A stretch of DNA of 62,907 nt, the filler included, from Sphacelaria rigidula (taxonomy: Eukaryota): the NCBI GenBank assembly GCA_964200075.2. It is 10 parts of 10 records of this genome, joined end to end, with 100 filler letters (N's around TTAATTAATTAA, not from the genome) between each part and the next. Parts side by side here need not be neighbours in the genome. Positions count along the whole stretch, not along the records: positions 6,302 to 12,502 come from CAXNAA020021549.1; positions 12,603 to 18,803 come from CAXNAA020021550.1; positions 18,904 to 25,104 come from CAXNAA020021551.1; 7 more parts are not named here. The stretch is one strand, 5' to 3'. Within the stretch, counting starts at the first letter, position 1. Each line of letters opens with the position of its first letter. Below are positions 9,961 through 23,049 of the stretch, in pieces. The position numbers and the translations under genes were made by a program. The notes below the pieces were generated by a model. It saw only the letters and a program-made list of their open reading frames with translations. It was not told the DNA's origin and did no database searches.

Positions 9961-12602
9961 CTGTTGGCGTTTTGGAGGCAGGAGAATGGGCACAAGAGAA
10001 ATACTACACTTGTTATTGTCCACTTTCGCCTACTCTTTCTTTGCTGCTCATCGTGACGAAAACCTGTGAGTTTTGTTCCACAAGCTAGATATTTGACTCA
10101 TTTTAGCCTCTTATAAGCCGGTTTATCTTTCCCACGAGTATCAGGGGGTGACTACAAGGTGGGGGGGGGGGTGTACGGGACGGTGTGGAGCGGCTGCACC
10201 GCAGGGATGGCGCGGGAAACCCTAACGCTCCCGTTGAATCTCCGCAATGGTGGTCGACAGCTTGCTCACGATTGGTTCGTGTCCCGATGCCCGCTGACAT
10301 TTGTAGCCGAGGGTGACAAAACGAGGACCAAGGTCACGCCAAATTGTGCGCAACGATGGAGCGACAGGGGCGTATACTGGCCAACAAAAAAAACACGCTG
10401 CTCATGACTCACTGCTTTTTATCCCGTCGTTTGTTCGGTCCCTTGCTGCTTCTGTATTCGCCGAGAGACTTAACTGCGCTACCCATTTTCATATCATATG
10501 TGCGTCCTCGAACTACTGTATGTGTCTCGCTTTGACCTGCTCAGAGCGACTCCCGATTTTGAGGCCACTAGTTGGAGTATGATGAGCCCGTGTTCTCGTT
10601 CAGCAAAACGGGGGAAGTCGCAGTAAAACAACAGGAAATACCGGCTTGTATAATTGGGAAGATGCGATAGGGGGGAGCGGCAAACCTTCAGCGTTTTCTT
10701 GTTCGAATTCCGGAATCTAAATTGTACAGGACAGGAATAATGGAAGCACCAAGAAACGAGGAGATAAACATATGATTATTTCGAAACGAGCCTTACGTGC
10801 TCGGGCTCGTGTCGCAAAACAACGCCCCTGCCCCCGCCGCGCTTCCCGTTGCCGTCTGGACGGCTCCATTTCCCCTCGCGCACGGATGTTTTGCACAAGA
10901 CAAGCCCCGGTTCGGGAAAATGTACCGCTCGGCAGCACAGATGAAGACATCGCGCCTGATGGTTTGTTTTTCAAACATCATAACAAGAAGACAACCACAT
11001 GGCGAGCGATGTTGATCATAACGACTTGGTTGTTCTTCCTTCGGAATACTATTTTTCAGTGCAGAAGCCGTGTTCACAACAAGAGTGGTGATGTTTGCAC
11101 ACGTCGGACAAATAAAACCATGATTCTTCCATATTCAACTATTGCACCAATTCATCAAGTGATTCGTACAAGAACCGTGATGAGTACACATTTAGACTCA
11201 TGGTTTGTGCGGCACTACATGGAACGGACACGATCCCCCTCGACTTTCTTCCAGTACACCACTCGAAGCTACATACTTTTCACCTGTGATTCATGCAGCA
11301 TGAGTCAGGCGTACATGTTTCGCCCTTCTGATTTTATAGCGCAAGTACTATACGTACATGTTTAGCACTATTTTAGTCATGCGACATGAACCTGACGTAA
11401 ATGCTTCCCGTGTTGCACTCGTACGGCATGGATGAACTGCATAAAGGGAGGGGGATATTCATTATTTCCCCGTGCTCCAAGGAATGTTCAAACCTCAAAC
11501 CAAGAATTATCATCCGCTGTACATGTCATTCGGCGCTTGGTATACACTGTGGTATGCACCCCATTTCCGTGGGTCATAAGATTTACTCGAGTCGGCGTTT
11601 AATCAACGAGACAAGCATGACCCAAGCTGTAGAGTAGATGCACAGCTTCCCCTTCATTGGACGATTGTCAAGATATCCGGGTCATGGCCCAATTCATCTC
11701 CGTTGATGACATATGGCTGTGAGAGCTTGAATCCGTTTTAGGGCGTCCCGACTCGTAAAATAAATATAATACGATTCGTACACGTTTCGTACTCTTTTCC
11801 GTGTGAAACTATTTAGAGCTCGTGCGATACTTCCTCGAGTGTGCTTGTTTCTCATTGTCTGTGATTTGTACAAGACGACTCTTTGAGACATGAAGCGCCC
11901 TCGACAGTCGTAACACGTCAACTCGTACGGATCTCAACTCGTCCCACGTGTGGATGGTTATGTCCTTCAGTGCCGTCTCCGGGCAAAGGTAACGATGTCG
12001 AGCGTAAAGGCGTATATTGACTCGTTGGGAAAACTGCGATGACATAGATAACGGATTTTCACGACCACAAGGAGATTGTTCCGCCGAGCTGTTGTTTTTA
12101 GTGCAGACGTTGTGTCCGAAGGAGAGCGTTGGTGTTGTGTTTTGCTCCCTCCGGTAACGAACGTATCACGCGGAATAAACGAAGAAGCACCTCAGCTGAC
12201 GAAACAATGACAGTAACAGCTCGTGAGAGATCCAGGATGGAAATGGTCGAGAGCGTGGTGGACATTCTACCCTACCAGGGGAGGGTGTAGGGGTGGGGGT
12301 AGCAAGACGGTGATATATCTCCGTCTCATCTTGTCGGTCATTGGCTTCCGTTCTTGGGTTGCGGCTTTAGCAAGATTCCTAGTTGTGTTCGTGCTCATGT
12401 TTTGCTTGGCACTTTGTGTTCCAATTCTTCATTTAACAGCCGATTTTATATTTTGGGGTTCATACAAAATATGGGGCTGAAGTGGCATATCTGTCTTGCA
12501 CGNNNNNNNNNNNNNNNNNNNNNNNNNNNNNNNNNNNNNNNNNNNNTTAATTAATTAANNNNNNNNNNNNNNNNNNNNNNNNNNNNNNNNNNNNNNNNNN
12601 NN

Positions 12603-12722
12603 CAAGCGTGGGAATTCCCAGCTTCTCGTTGTGCTCGGCTTTCCCCATTTCGATGTACGTGAAGATTTCGCCACCCAAAACCATGCACTTTTGGGGGGGG
12701 GGGGGGCTATCGTAGAAAGTGC
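12603..12722. mobile_element. Right part of a MITE (…gggggggctatcgtagaaagtg TIR)
   Basis: Near-identical to ~16280-16381. Confidence 0.75.
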
Positions 12723-13065
12723 CCGTATCCACACCAAATCTTCGAACAATGCTTCCATTTCCTTACTTGCTGGTAGCTATTGACAAATCCTATACGCCGT
12801 ACAAATTTGGATTTCGATAATCGAAATGTCGGGGTCCTTGGTGAAAAACCAATCTTGGGGTCCGATCGGATCATCTTCATCCCCCAAAATTGGTTTTTCA
12901 CCTAGGACCCCGACATTTCGATTATCGACATCCAAATTTGCATGGCGTGTAGTAGGTTTCAATAGCTACCAGCAAGTAAAGAAGTGGAACCGTGTTCCGA
13001 AGATTTGGTGTGGATACGAAGATTTTAATTCTCCGGGTTTTAGTGCCCAATTCCAATTTTAAGCA
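12723..13065. mobile_element. Foldback/palindromic MITE, partial
   Basis: Long inverted arms centred near 12870; same family as 21641-22070. Confidence 0.75.
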
Positions 13066-13649
13066 TGAAAAATGGTGTTGTCTTGGGCCTTTTCTCGTGT
13101 CACATTGATTTCTTATGACATGAAGTCTGTGACGTGTGACGAAATCACGCCGTCACGTTGAGTATAGTGATAATATGGATGATGGCTTGGGATCTGTACT
13201 GATGATATAGATGATGGCATGGCCACAGGGGTGATACCCTAATGTTTTTTATGGCGCCACCTGGGTGGCACTCCAGGATAATCAAAGGTGTTGTGAAGGC
13301 TAACAACTGAAACCTGAGGCCAGTGGAATTGGGGAGTCCCTCAACAGCATTAGGCGCTGCAGTACTAGCAACCTGCTGGCGTGACAATATCGATGTTAGT
13401 GCTAGCCGTGCTAGTTGTGCTATCGTTAGTGACTGCTGGAAATTTTCAGTAAAGGAGTTTGGACAGCTTTGGACATATTGCTTCACGGACGCGTGAGGAG
13501 GATTCAAGCTGAGGTAGCTGTAAAGGCGGCTGGCCCGTCATTGATCCAGACTGGAGACTTGCTGGAGCTGCGTTCAGCGGGAGTTTATAGGGCCCCACGG
13601 CTGTGTGGTGCGGCGACGAAGGCAGGTGTGAATTGTGGAGTTCGAGAAG

Positions 13650-13898
13650 GACTGATGCCGAGATAGCCCCCCCACAAAAAGTGCACCGAAGACCGTCCGA
13701 CAAACCGGCTGCGATCCCACTATTGGGCCCGTTTGCAGCAATTCCGTCCACATGAGAGGCGTGTAGCGGTCCGAAATCAGCTATGACGCCCAAATGAGTC
13801 GCGTTGTGCAGCACGAAACCAGCTCCAACGGCATTTATGATCATCGCCTTCGTGCACGTTTTTGGCCGGTTTGGGGGGGGGCTATCTCGGCAGCAGTC
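13650..13898. mobile_element. MITE with GAC...GTC termini, 24-bp TIR, 4-bp TSD (GAAG)
   Basis: gactgatgccgagatagccccccc / gggggggctatctcggcagcagtc; second copy at 46528-46779. Confidence 0.85.
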
Positions 13899-13934
13899 GA
13901 AGGCTCAGAAGCCTTTGATTACGTCCGCTCGGAA

Positions 13935-16149
13935 ATGTCGACTACAGAGGTAGCGAACGAAGAGCCAGCGGAGACGACTGTAACCCCAGTTGTTCCGAGA
14001 GAAGAATTGCGGCCTCCCAGTTACGGGAATTTGTATTCTGAGCGTGCTTCTCGTTCGTTTTATACGAAATACGTGGAATACAAGAAGCGGGTGGAGCATG
14101 CGAATGCGGGGGGTGCGGTAAGGCATCAGGTGGTTTTCATGGCGCAACTCGTGCCTAACCCCCTCCAACGCGTTTTTGCGAGAAGATTTCATGAGAAGAA
14201 CACAATAACGCCGCTGCAACTGGCTGCAGCGATCACGAAGTATGCAGGGTATGCGGCGGGCGCTGCGGTAGAGCTAACACAGGCGTCCGCGGCCGTGGCA
14301 AAGGCTGTCGCCATGAACCACAAGGGGAAGACCATGCGTGAGAGGGTAGAGCCAATCATGGGAAAGTTGGAGACAAATGTTTCGGAAAATCCCAACGTCG
14401 AGATGGTTCATCGTTCCTCCGATGGGAAATTCCGTTCAGGGCCCGCTGCGGGGATCACGAAAGCGATGGTGGAAGGTCTGACACCGGCGGAATTCAAACA
14501 GGCCGTGCTTGTGCAATTACAGCACGAAACCAATTGGAAGTCAGACCCGTACTTAGTTATGGATACCGTGGTGGCTAAGGCTCAGGCATGGCGGAAGATT
14601 GAGGTATTCGGGAAATCATATACTTCGTCGCCGCAGTGTTCGAGCTCGCGTGACCGCGGATTAAAATCCGCAGGCAGTGCCGCCGCCAATATCACTTGCT
14701 TTCAGCGTGGCCAGGTAGACCACTACGCACGCAAATGCCCAACGCCTTCCGAGGGGGAGTCTGGGCAGACGAGTGCCGCGCGCCCTCGCAGTCACAAAGG
14801 AGGAAAAGGTAGTCGGGGTGGTGGCGGAGGCGGATCCTCCAGCGGTGGAGGTGTGCAGTCGAGTTTCCACCACCACCAGCAGCAGCAGCAGCAGCAGCAA
14901 GGGCAGCGGCGTCAGCAGGAGTCTGACAGGGGTCTAGGTCTGGGTCCGGCTCAGCCGCAGGGGCTGCTGCTCCGCAACGGGCGGTGCAAGTGGGAGCGAC
15001 CACTCTAGTGTCGGGCTCGGTGCCGGCGCCGCCGGCAGCAGAGCAAGGCGAGACGCCTGCTCCTGAGCCGGCCGGATTCCAGCTGAAATTTGGATCCGCT
15101 GCTGCGTCGGCCGGAGTACCGCTGCGACTTGGTCCTGCGGGCGGGGCTTTGTACCCGACGGCGGTGCCGGTGACCCCAGCCGGGGCGTCTCTGCCTGTGC
15201 CGCACGCGCAGCCGTGGCGCCAAGTGGGGATCACGACAAATCCGTCGTCGGAGCAGGTGCCGGTCGAGGATCAAGAACAATACTTTCCTGCCGAGTTATA
15301 TCTCCCAATTAAATTAATGGGCGCGGGGAGCCATATCCGTCAACGCTGTGTTGGATTCAGGCGCCCATTTCACGAGCGTGTCGGTTTTGATTGAGGAGAT
15401 GCTGGAGCGTCTACTCCCTGGTGAGAAAATCCGCATTCCATTCTCGCTCGGGGCGCGGCAGGCCATCACCGCATCGGGGCAACGTATATATGTCACGGAG
15501 GGTACGATTCCACAACAGTTGGCGTTCAGGACTACCTGGTGGCCAGCGAAATTACCCCCGATATCGTTTGCGATCATGCCGGGGACGGATGGTGTCCTTC
15601 TGTTGGGCTTACCGACGCTTCGGGGACTCGGAGCCGACCCGTATGATCGGCTGTTAGAGTCCCTAAAAACGCAAATGCCGTCGCCCGGTTCGAGTGTCGA
15701 GACGCCTGCCTTTTTAGCCAGTCGCAGAGTGAGCTCGTCGGTTGATGCTTTCCAGGTGGCGGGGGGACAGGTGTCCGAGAAGCGTGATGAGGCGGTGGAA
15801 CGCTTAGTAGAGCGCGGCCCGGATATGTTCATGAACCCGGCGGAAGAGGAGTCCGCTCGGAAGGTCGCGCTGGAGGAGAGCGTCACGGATGCTGTGGCGA
15901 AAGGCCTCAGCGTCTAAAACACGGAGCGCCTGCACGGCATATTGTATTGCCGCGTCAACGAGTTTCGTCGTGCGCTGCGGGGTGATCCCCCTGCGCGCGT
16001 GGAGCCCATGCGTGTTCAGTTAAAATGCGGCGGTACGATCCAGTGAAGTCGAGCTGGTTGGCGTTGTACATGGCGGCTCTTTTGGCGCTCGGGTTGGTAG
16101 TACGGAATTTGCAGGCGGGGTGGTCCAGTCCAGATATGGCGTTTCCGAA
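13935..16149 (+). mobile_element. Decayed Ty3/Gypsy LTR retrotransposon: gag, protease and start of RT
   Basis: Gag-like ORF to 15008 with a degenerate zinc knuckle CFQRGQVDHYARKC; protease motif LDSGA (~15350); RT N-terminus ..AGWSSPDMAFPK; frameshifts and stops. Confidence 0.8.
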
Positions 16150-16381
16150 GACACTTTCTACGATAGACCCCCCACAAGGCCAGCTCAATAGTGTCACGAA
16201 AAAAATGGACATAGAGCGCCTGATGTTTGGGTTCAGGCTGCATGAAGCGCCTTATATTGGCGACATTGGCTAAAACGAACCCAGCTTCTCGTTGTGCTCG
16301 GTTTTTCCCATTTCGATTTACGTGAAGATTTTGCCTCCCAAAACCATGCACCTTTTTGGGGGGGCTATCGTAGAAAGTGTC
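16150..16381. mobile_element. MITE with gacactttctacgatag TIRs, truncating the Gypsy RT
   Basis: Inverted termini starting at 16150 and ending at 16381; no clean TSD. Confidence 0.75.
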
Positions 16382-16430
16382 AAAGCAGCCGATGCATACT
16401 GTATACAGTCCGTGTTCAGGTTCTGAAAAA

Positions 16431-16527
16431 CACTGCAGAGTTGTGTTGTGTTCAATGTAGTACCCTGTACTCCATATACCACTGCAGAATTGTGTTGTCT
16501 TCAGTGTAGTACCCTGTACTCCATATA
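16431..16527. repeat. Tandem duplication of a ~49-bp unit
   Basis: cactgcaga.ttgtgttgt.ttca.tgtagtaccctgtactccatata, twice. Confidence 0.8.
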
Positions 16528-16629
16528 ATGGGGTCACGTTTTGAGCAGTATTCTGAAAAAAACGAGACAGTTTTCTGTCACAGAAATCCAACACCGAATC
16601 TGGAATAGCCTGAGGCAACAACCAACTTG

Positions 16630-17930
16630 GAAATTGGAACTTTCTCAGTGCCACCATCACCATTTGAGTGGTAAGCGCTTGTGGCAACTTTGCGAATGCC
16701 CAGGAGCTTGAACACTTCGCCGGAGAGGTCTGAGCAACAGCTGCTGATCGTTGGCGGAGAGGAGCCGTTTCTCACAACCATAATGCTTAATGTAGTCGTG
16801 AAGTAGTCTGTCGGCTGTGCCTGCGGCTGTGCAGTCTCCAGCGGGTACTGCGTAAATAAACGCGTGGCAGCTGAAGCGGTCGGTGAAGGGTAAAGTGTAG
16901 ATGCTGCGCTACGACATGTGGTCGTTAAGGGATCAAAACGGTGAAATGACAAGAGGTGGCCAGAGGCGCTGGGAGGTTCCAAAGAAATGCCGAGCCAGCT
17001 TTAAATCTGTCGTGGAGATTTTCGGACTTGGAACTTGAAGCATCGCCGAATGCAAAAGCGGGTAGAGGTTTTCGTGCCGGTTCACCAGTAAAAGCCTTCG
17101 CCTAGCGCTATATGAGGTGCGCGTGACATCAACGTGACATGACAAGTCAGAGTGCCAGCCTTTCATGACCCAGAGGCGCATCAAAAATGGAACATATATG
17201 CGGGTGGGCTCGTCATCGAGTAGGCGTACATGACGCCCAATGGTTGCGGTCGAAGTTGCACCCTGCTGGGGCGTGGGGCGACGGCGAAGCAAATGGAAAC
17301 CGTCATCAGTGGTGAAAATCGTAACATTATGCGCGAGTTCGTACACCTCGGGGATGGTTGGTGGTGGCAGTGCGCCAACCGGAGCCAGAAGGTCGGCCGG
17401 GATAGGGACGGGGTAACCAAGCCATAAGTATTGAATGGCGGTGCGACATGACGGTTCCGCTTGTTGTTCACGAGCCCAATCGCGACGGGAGTAGCTGGCG
17501 AGCAACTCGCGCAGTTGGGCTTCCACCGGGAAGCCGACCAAACATGGTGGCGCAGGCAGCGATGAAACAGGCGTCGGGGCAGGGGTCCCAACGTCAATAT
17601 CCACATCGGGATCAGGGCCTGAGGCGTCCACGCCGTGATCATGAGGGATGGGTGCTGATGATGCCGCAGAGGTGGCGTTGTTTTAGAAGTGTGCGCCGGG
17701 AGCGTGATCAGCGCTTATTGCGCGTATTGCGCGTAACGTGCTTTGTGGTTGTTGACGGGGGGCGCTGCGTACATTTTGTGGGGCCGGTGCTGTGCGGCTC
17801 GTGGGATTTGAAGGTGTTGTCGGTGACAGCGGGGCGGGCACGGAATAGGCACGGGCGCCAGACCGAGAGCGTGTATTGTCGGAATTTAGATAAATGCCTG
17901 AGGGTGGCGGGGTGGGAATATTCACGCGAG
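16630..17930 (-). mobile_element. Second decayed Gypsy-type pol fragment (integrase region)
   Basis: RIYVPFLMRLWVMKGWHSDLSCH (start of integrase H2C2) and VFKLLGIRKVATSAYHSNGDGGTEK (integrase core); frameshifted. Confidence 0.75.
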
Positions 17931-18059
17931 GATCAGAAGTGAGGAAATCGATGAGACGGCGGTTGAGGTCTTTCGTCCACCCAAGACGCGTTTTTTGTGT
18001 TTTTTCTGCATGAGCCTCCTCTCCTCAGAACGATTCCGTGTTCTCGAAGGGTCGACCTA

Positions 18060-18280
18060 TCGCTCACTTCATATTTCCTTGTTATAAGGGATTGGATCGG
18101 CACTCCCGAAATGCAACTCTCGCTGAACAAAACGCTCCTCCCTACAAACATCTTCACGTTTCCAACTACGGAATCTAACACTTCCCGGAGAAACAAGACA
18201 AAGCACATGCGTCTGGCGGAATTCGAACTCGCACTCCGTCGATCTAGCTGGCTTCGCTTGACCCACCGAGGCATTACGGC
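18060..18280 (-). mobile_element. Possible tRNA-derived SINE remnant
   Basis: Minus strand has cggtgggtcaagcg...gagttcgaattcc (A/B box spacing). Confidence 0.35.
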
Positions 18281-19211
18281 GAGCACTACAGGCCCACAAG
18301 GGGACTTGGATCAAATCGCCAAGAAATGTCGACAGCCAGCACACACGCACATTTGTATACATATCAGAGTAACTAATTCGAACACTTTCGCGCATTACCC
18401 CCCGACGTTGGGGAGTAGTGTTCGTGTGTGTGATGCACATCGTGACTCTTCCCGCTTCACCACTCCGAGATAGCCTCCCTCTGAAAGAATTTTCCGGTGA
18501 CCCCTCCTTCCTTCAGAGACTTCATCTGGGTGAGCATGTACGGTGTGCGCGCTCCTTGCTCTGGTGACAGAGTCCCCTTGTGCGAAGTCATGTCCGTCGC
18601 AGTATACCCTGGCGGTAATTAGGCAAGTCAAGGGCAACACACGCTCATTCGGATGACGGGCATGCATGATAAATACACGCCCCCGTGAGAAGGGTGGAGA
18701 ATGCGACGGAGGTTGGGGGGGGAGGGGGGGGGGGGGGGGTCATCTGATCATGGCCGGGAGGAGGGGAGGGAAGGGCAGGAGAGCAGTTCGCGGGGGAGGC
18801 GGGNNNNNNNNNNNNNNNNNNNNNNNNNNNNNNNNNNNNNNNNNNNNTTAATTAATTAANNNNNNNNNNNNNNNNNNNNNNNNNNNNNNNNNNNNNNNNN
18901 NNNGTGGGCTATGGCGCGGTGCTGCGTGTTCTTGATGTCGGCGGAGGTGGAAGGGAGGTGCGGGGGGTGGGTTCTGCGGTCCTCATTTGTTGCTTGCCTT
19001 GGTCGCTTGACCATTGACCACGCATCCTTTTCGAGACGGAGCACCGGTTCTACTCCCAAAAGAGACCTCCGAACATTTCGGTGCTCATCACGCTCCTTCC
19101 GTCTTTTCTCCACCGTCTACTGCATCAAACGATTTCATACCACCTTCGTTCTCGTCCCGCATTTCACCATCGAGTACGTCCCGTTCCTCCTTGTATATTC
19201 ATTGCTTCGCA

Positions 19212-20560
19212 TTGATTGATTGGTTGATTGATTGTCGCACGTCAACTGACCCCACAGGGATCCACCCGTGGTCACATGATAGACGTACGAGCTGGGCCGG
19301 GAGTAAACCCAGCATTCTCTGTCGTCACCACAGCTCTTCAAGTTTCCCAAATCAACACGACCTGAGCATATCGCTGTGAACTTTAGACTAACCTGGTAAC
19401 ATAAGGCACCGCCACTGCTCGATTGGTGCACTTTTGGCGATGATGTTATTGTACTGCATTGAGTATCGAGTACGTCCCAATTCTTTGTGCGACAGCGTGC
19501 CTGGAGACGTTTCGTTTCACAAAATGCGGTGGAATTACGATAGACCGTTGCGCCGCATAGGCACACGCACACCTGACATGCCCAGGCAAGAGCATATTGG
19601 TCGTGCTGCAAGATGGCATCGAGCTCGTCATAAGCTCCATAATGGGAGAGACCTTCCGAGCCAACTGTCGTATATCACCGCACGAGGGAAAAGTACTACT
19701 TGAAGCTGCGCTATGCCCTCCCCAAAAGCAAGACCATCGCCATATTGTCAAGACCTTTTGCAACCCAGAGGTACGAGAGAGTATGCACGATTTGTGTGCA
19801 CGCAAAAACGTTTTTGTCGTGTCGGGATTCGAACTCGTGACCTGTGTCATTTGAGGCTGTTGTATCAGTTTGACCACCGGGCCCAGACAAAAAAGTGCCA
19901 CCCGAAGCCCAATTTTACGTACTTTTGGCTGAAAATTTACAAGGATGTGGTTGACGCGAGTGCCCGTACGTGTCGCCGCGTTGTCATCGTTTGTATCAAT
20001 TTTTGAGTAAATTATAGCATTTTTCCTGTTTTTGCTGAAACTTCGACTCGCTCTAGCTTCCGTTTTTTCTCCTTCTTTCCTCTTCACCCTTTACAGGGTG
20101 GCGCAGATTGATGATCAAAATGTCGTGTCAAAATGTCAGCGCCTAACTCTTCGAATTGCCAAAAGCATCTCTACTCTTCGTTTGCACATCACTGATGGCC
20201 GGCCCAACTCGTACCCAAGACAAGACAAAACAAAACTGAAACACTTACTGAAGAAAAAAGACGGAACAGAAAGAATCGAACAGAACGACATAGTAGACTA
20301 AGAGGTTGATAAAAATTAGACAATAAAATGTCAACAAAAGTAGAGCACAGAAATAAATGGCCGATCTAAAACAAAACAAAGGAAAAGAAAAGAAAAGGAA
20401 AGAAAACAGCAAGAAATAGAGAGAGAGAGAAAAGCCCAGGGGATTTAGGGCAGCAAAGTAGATACAGACACACACGAGAGGGCACCGCTGAGCCACCGAC
20501 TTAGAACATAATCGAAGACCGATATGACCAGACCGGATTCTTCGCTTGGCGGCCGTCGAC
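19212..20560 (-). mobile_element. Family B (CAAT-tailed) retroposon inserted in the LINE and split by a MITE
   Basis: Tail gattgattggttgattg at ~19212; halves rejoin as gatagacgTAcccaagac. Confidence 0.7.
19288..20211. mobile_element. Tc1/mariner-type MITE (CGAGCTGGGCC TIR, TA TSD)
   Basis: TA|cgagctgggccgg ... ccggcccaactcg|TA; empty site visible in other family B copies (e.g. ~54840-54855). Confidence 0.85.
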
Positions 20561-21640
20561 ATTCTGTCACAATATGAGTTCTACTCTCTATTGCTTTGCC
20601 ACAGGGGCAATTCTGTGCATCTACTTCCTCCTCTGGACTACTAGTGTATCTCTTCCTTCTTTGTGGCAGGTCCCGGTCCCCCACCCGACATCGCAGCTTC
20701 AACTTTTCGCCGCATCCATTGGGCCATGCAGGTATACTTTCATCCCTATCCCCTCTCTCAACCCCCCGTGTATCTTCAGAAGTTTTTCATCGTCTGCTTT
20801 GCGTTCGAGCGATTATTTTCCCATTATTTCTACCATGTCTCTCACTCTTGTTTCGTACCCCGCACCTTCCCTTCACCTATGGACAGTATATCGTCTTTGT
20901 TTTCTCCTATCCCCTTCCATATTTTCTCGACTACGCCATCCCACCTTGTTCTAGCCTGCCCTTTCATTATTTTCTTCCATGCAGCCCTATCAACTATGGT
21001 TGGCAATATCTTTATCTGCATGTTCTTTACGATATATTACCATCTCAATTTTCTCATGCCTCTGTTTCAAGTGGGTACATTTCCAATTCTGCTCTCAATG
21101 CTGTATTAGCCGTCGTTGTCCAGCATCCAAGTGTTTTCTTAGCTGCTACCATCTCTGTACTGTTTCCAACTTCTTCACCAACTTCGCGTTCCCCTCCTAT
21201 ACTTCTCCTTCATATTCTAGCTTTGGTACAATCAAGTTCATCAGGATACAACTCTTTATCCTAGTGTCTAGGTCCGAGTGCCTGAAGATCACGTCCATCC
21301 TGCCTCTCTGTGACTCACCCTTTTCTAGTACTTCATGCGCACATCTCAACACTTTTCTTGAGATTTCTACTGTACGCCACGGTATGCGTACTAGCCTATG
21401 ATCTGCAGCTCCTCTTTTCCCCACTTCTCCACCGGGTTCTTCTCATCTTAGTCAAATACAAGTACCGCGCATTTGTTTACGTTCACTGTTACTCTCCACT
21501 TCCTAGTATATTCTACCGCCTTCTCTATTTGCTTCTGCAACCCTTCTGGTTTTTACACCAACCCCACGAAATCATCCGCGAACATCAATCCTGATACCAT
21601 ATCTTCCTCCACCTTGACTACTTGCTTCGCTGCTTCTACT

Positions 21641-22070
21641 AACACGGGATTTTACGAATTGACGATGGATTTTTTATTGGGGATGAAAACCCGGGGAATT
21701 AAAGTCTTCGTATACACACCAAATCTTCGAAGTATGCTTCCATTTCTTCACTTGCTGGTGGATATTGACGAACACTGTACGCCATACAAATTTAAATTTC
21801 GATAGCCGATTTGTCGGGGTCCTTGGTGAAAAAACAATGCAGGTGTCCGATCGGATCACCTAAATCCCCCATATTGGTTTTTCACCTAGGACCCCGACAT
21901 TTCGATTATCGAAAGTCAAACTTGTATGGCGTGTAGTAGTTGTGAAGAGCTACCAGCAAGTGAAGAAATGGAACCATGTTTTGAAGATTTGGTGTGGATA
22001 CGAATATTTGAATTCTCCGGGTTCTCATCCCCAATGAATAATCCATCCCCAATTTGTAAAATCCCGTGTT
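21641..22070. mobile_element. Foldback MITE (~430 bp, nearly fully palindromic) inserted in the LINE RT
   Basis: aacacgggattttac ... gtaaaatcccgtgtt; arms ~200 bp; flanks tact/tatt. Confidence 0.85.
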
Positions 22071-23049
22071 TATTGCTATTATCAGGTTATTATGAAATAC
22101 CTTGAATAGAGTAGGTGATAACGTACATCCTTCTGCAACTCCTTGTAAACTATATACTTTTTCGATATTTCCCCGTCTAGCATTATAGCACTTCTGGCAT
22201 ATTCGTCACCTTCACAATTTTCCACATCTTTCCTCTGATCCCAGTTTCCCACAAATTTTTCCAAGCCCATTTCTCCACACTGTGGAATAGGTCTTTTGTA
22301 CGTCCAGAAAGAAACAGTACGTTACTAGCCCGGTACTAGCCCGGCGTCTTTCCTACCTTGAATAGTGTTACCTAATGTGTACACATGGTCTACGCAACTA
22401 CGGTTTGGCCCAAAACCTGCTTGCCTCTCGCTGATTTCCCCTTCCTTCTCTAGCATCGTTCCCACTCTCATCATTCAGAATCTTGCAGAAAGGTTTTCCC
22501 TACGGTGCTCATTAGTGCTATCCCTCTATGATTCCCTGAGTCACCCTTGTCTACTTTCTTGAGAACGTTGAATACCACGTCGCTCCACCTCTTGGGTGTG
22601 TACTCGTTTTACGATACCGGTTATACAGCACATCCATCATGGTAATCATTCCCTCTCCTCCGCACTTTAGGAATTCATTCACCATGCTGTCTGCCCCTGC
22701 TGCTTTTCTGTTCTTGAGTTCAGCTGCTCACTCCTTTACTTCATCTGCGGTAAACTCCCTGCAATTCTTCGGAGCCACTATCCTCCCTTTTTGATGCCTC
22801 TACATTGGCCTCTGCCAGGTGTTGATATCTGTTTGGAAATCCGTGTTAAACTTCCCGTCAGTTTCCGGTGTCCCTAGTTTACGACAGCGCTCTACGAGTA
22901 GTTCTCTCTCCCCCTTCGAACTACTAAACCTTTCTACCGTTCTGTGCCCGTAGGGTGGTTATCCCCGTCTCCATGTTTCCTGCCTTGTTTCCCACTATTT
23001 TATTTCTAGCTATATTTGTTTCATCCCGGGAGGGAGGGGGAGAGGGGGG

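Larger units (their letters stand above)
18980..23020 (-). mobile_element. Decayed C-tailed LINE (RT plus C-terminal CCHC; RTE/RTEX-like) with nested insertions
   Basis: Colinear with 56755-59340; CPCGKAIESRTHIVTEC; RT fragments; conserved 3' end at 18980-19045. Confidence 0.9.
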
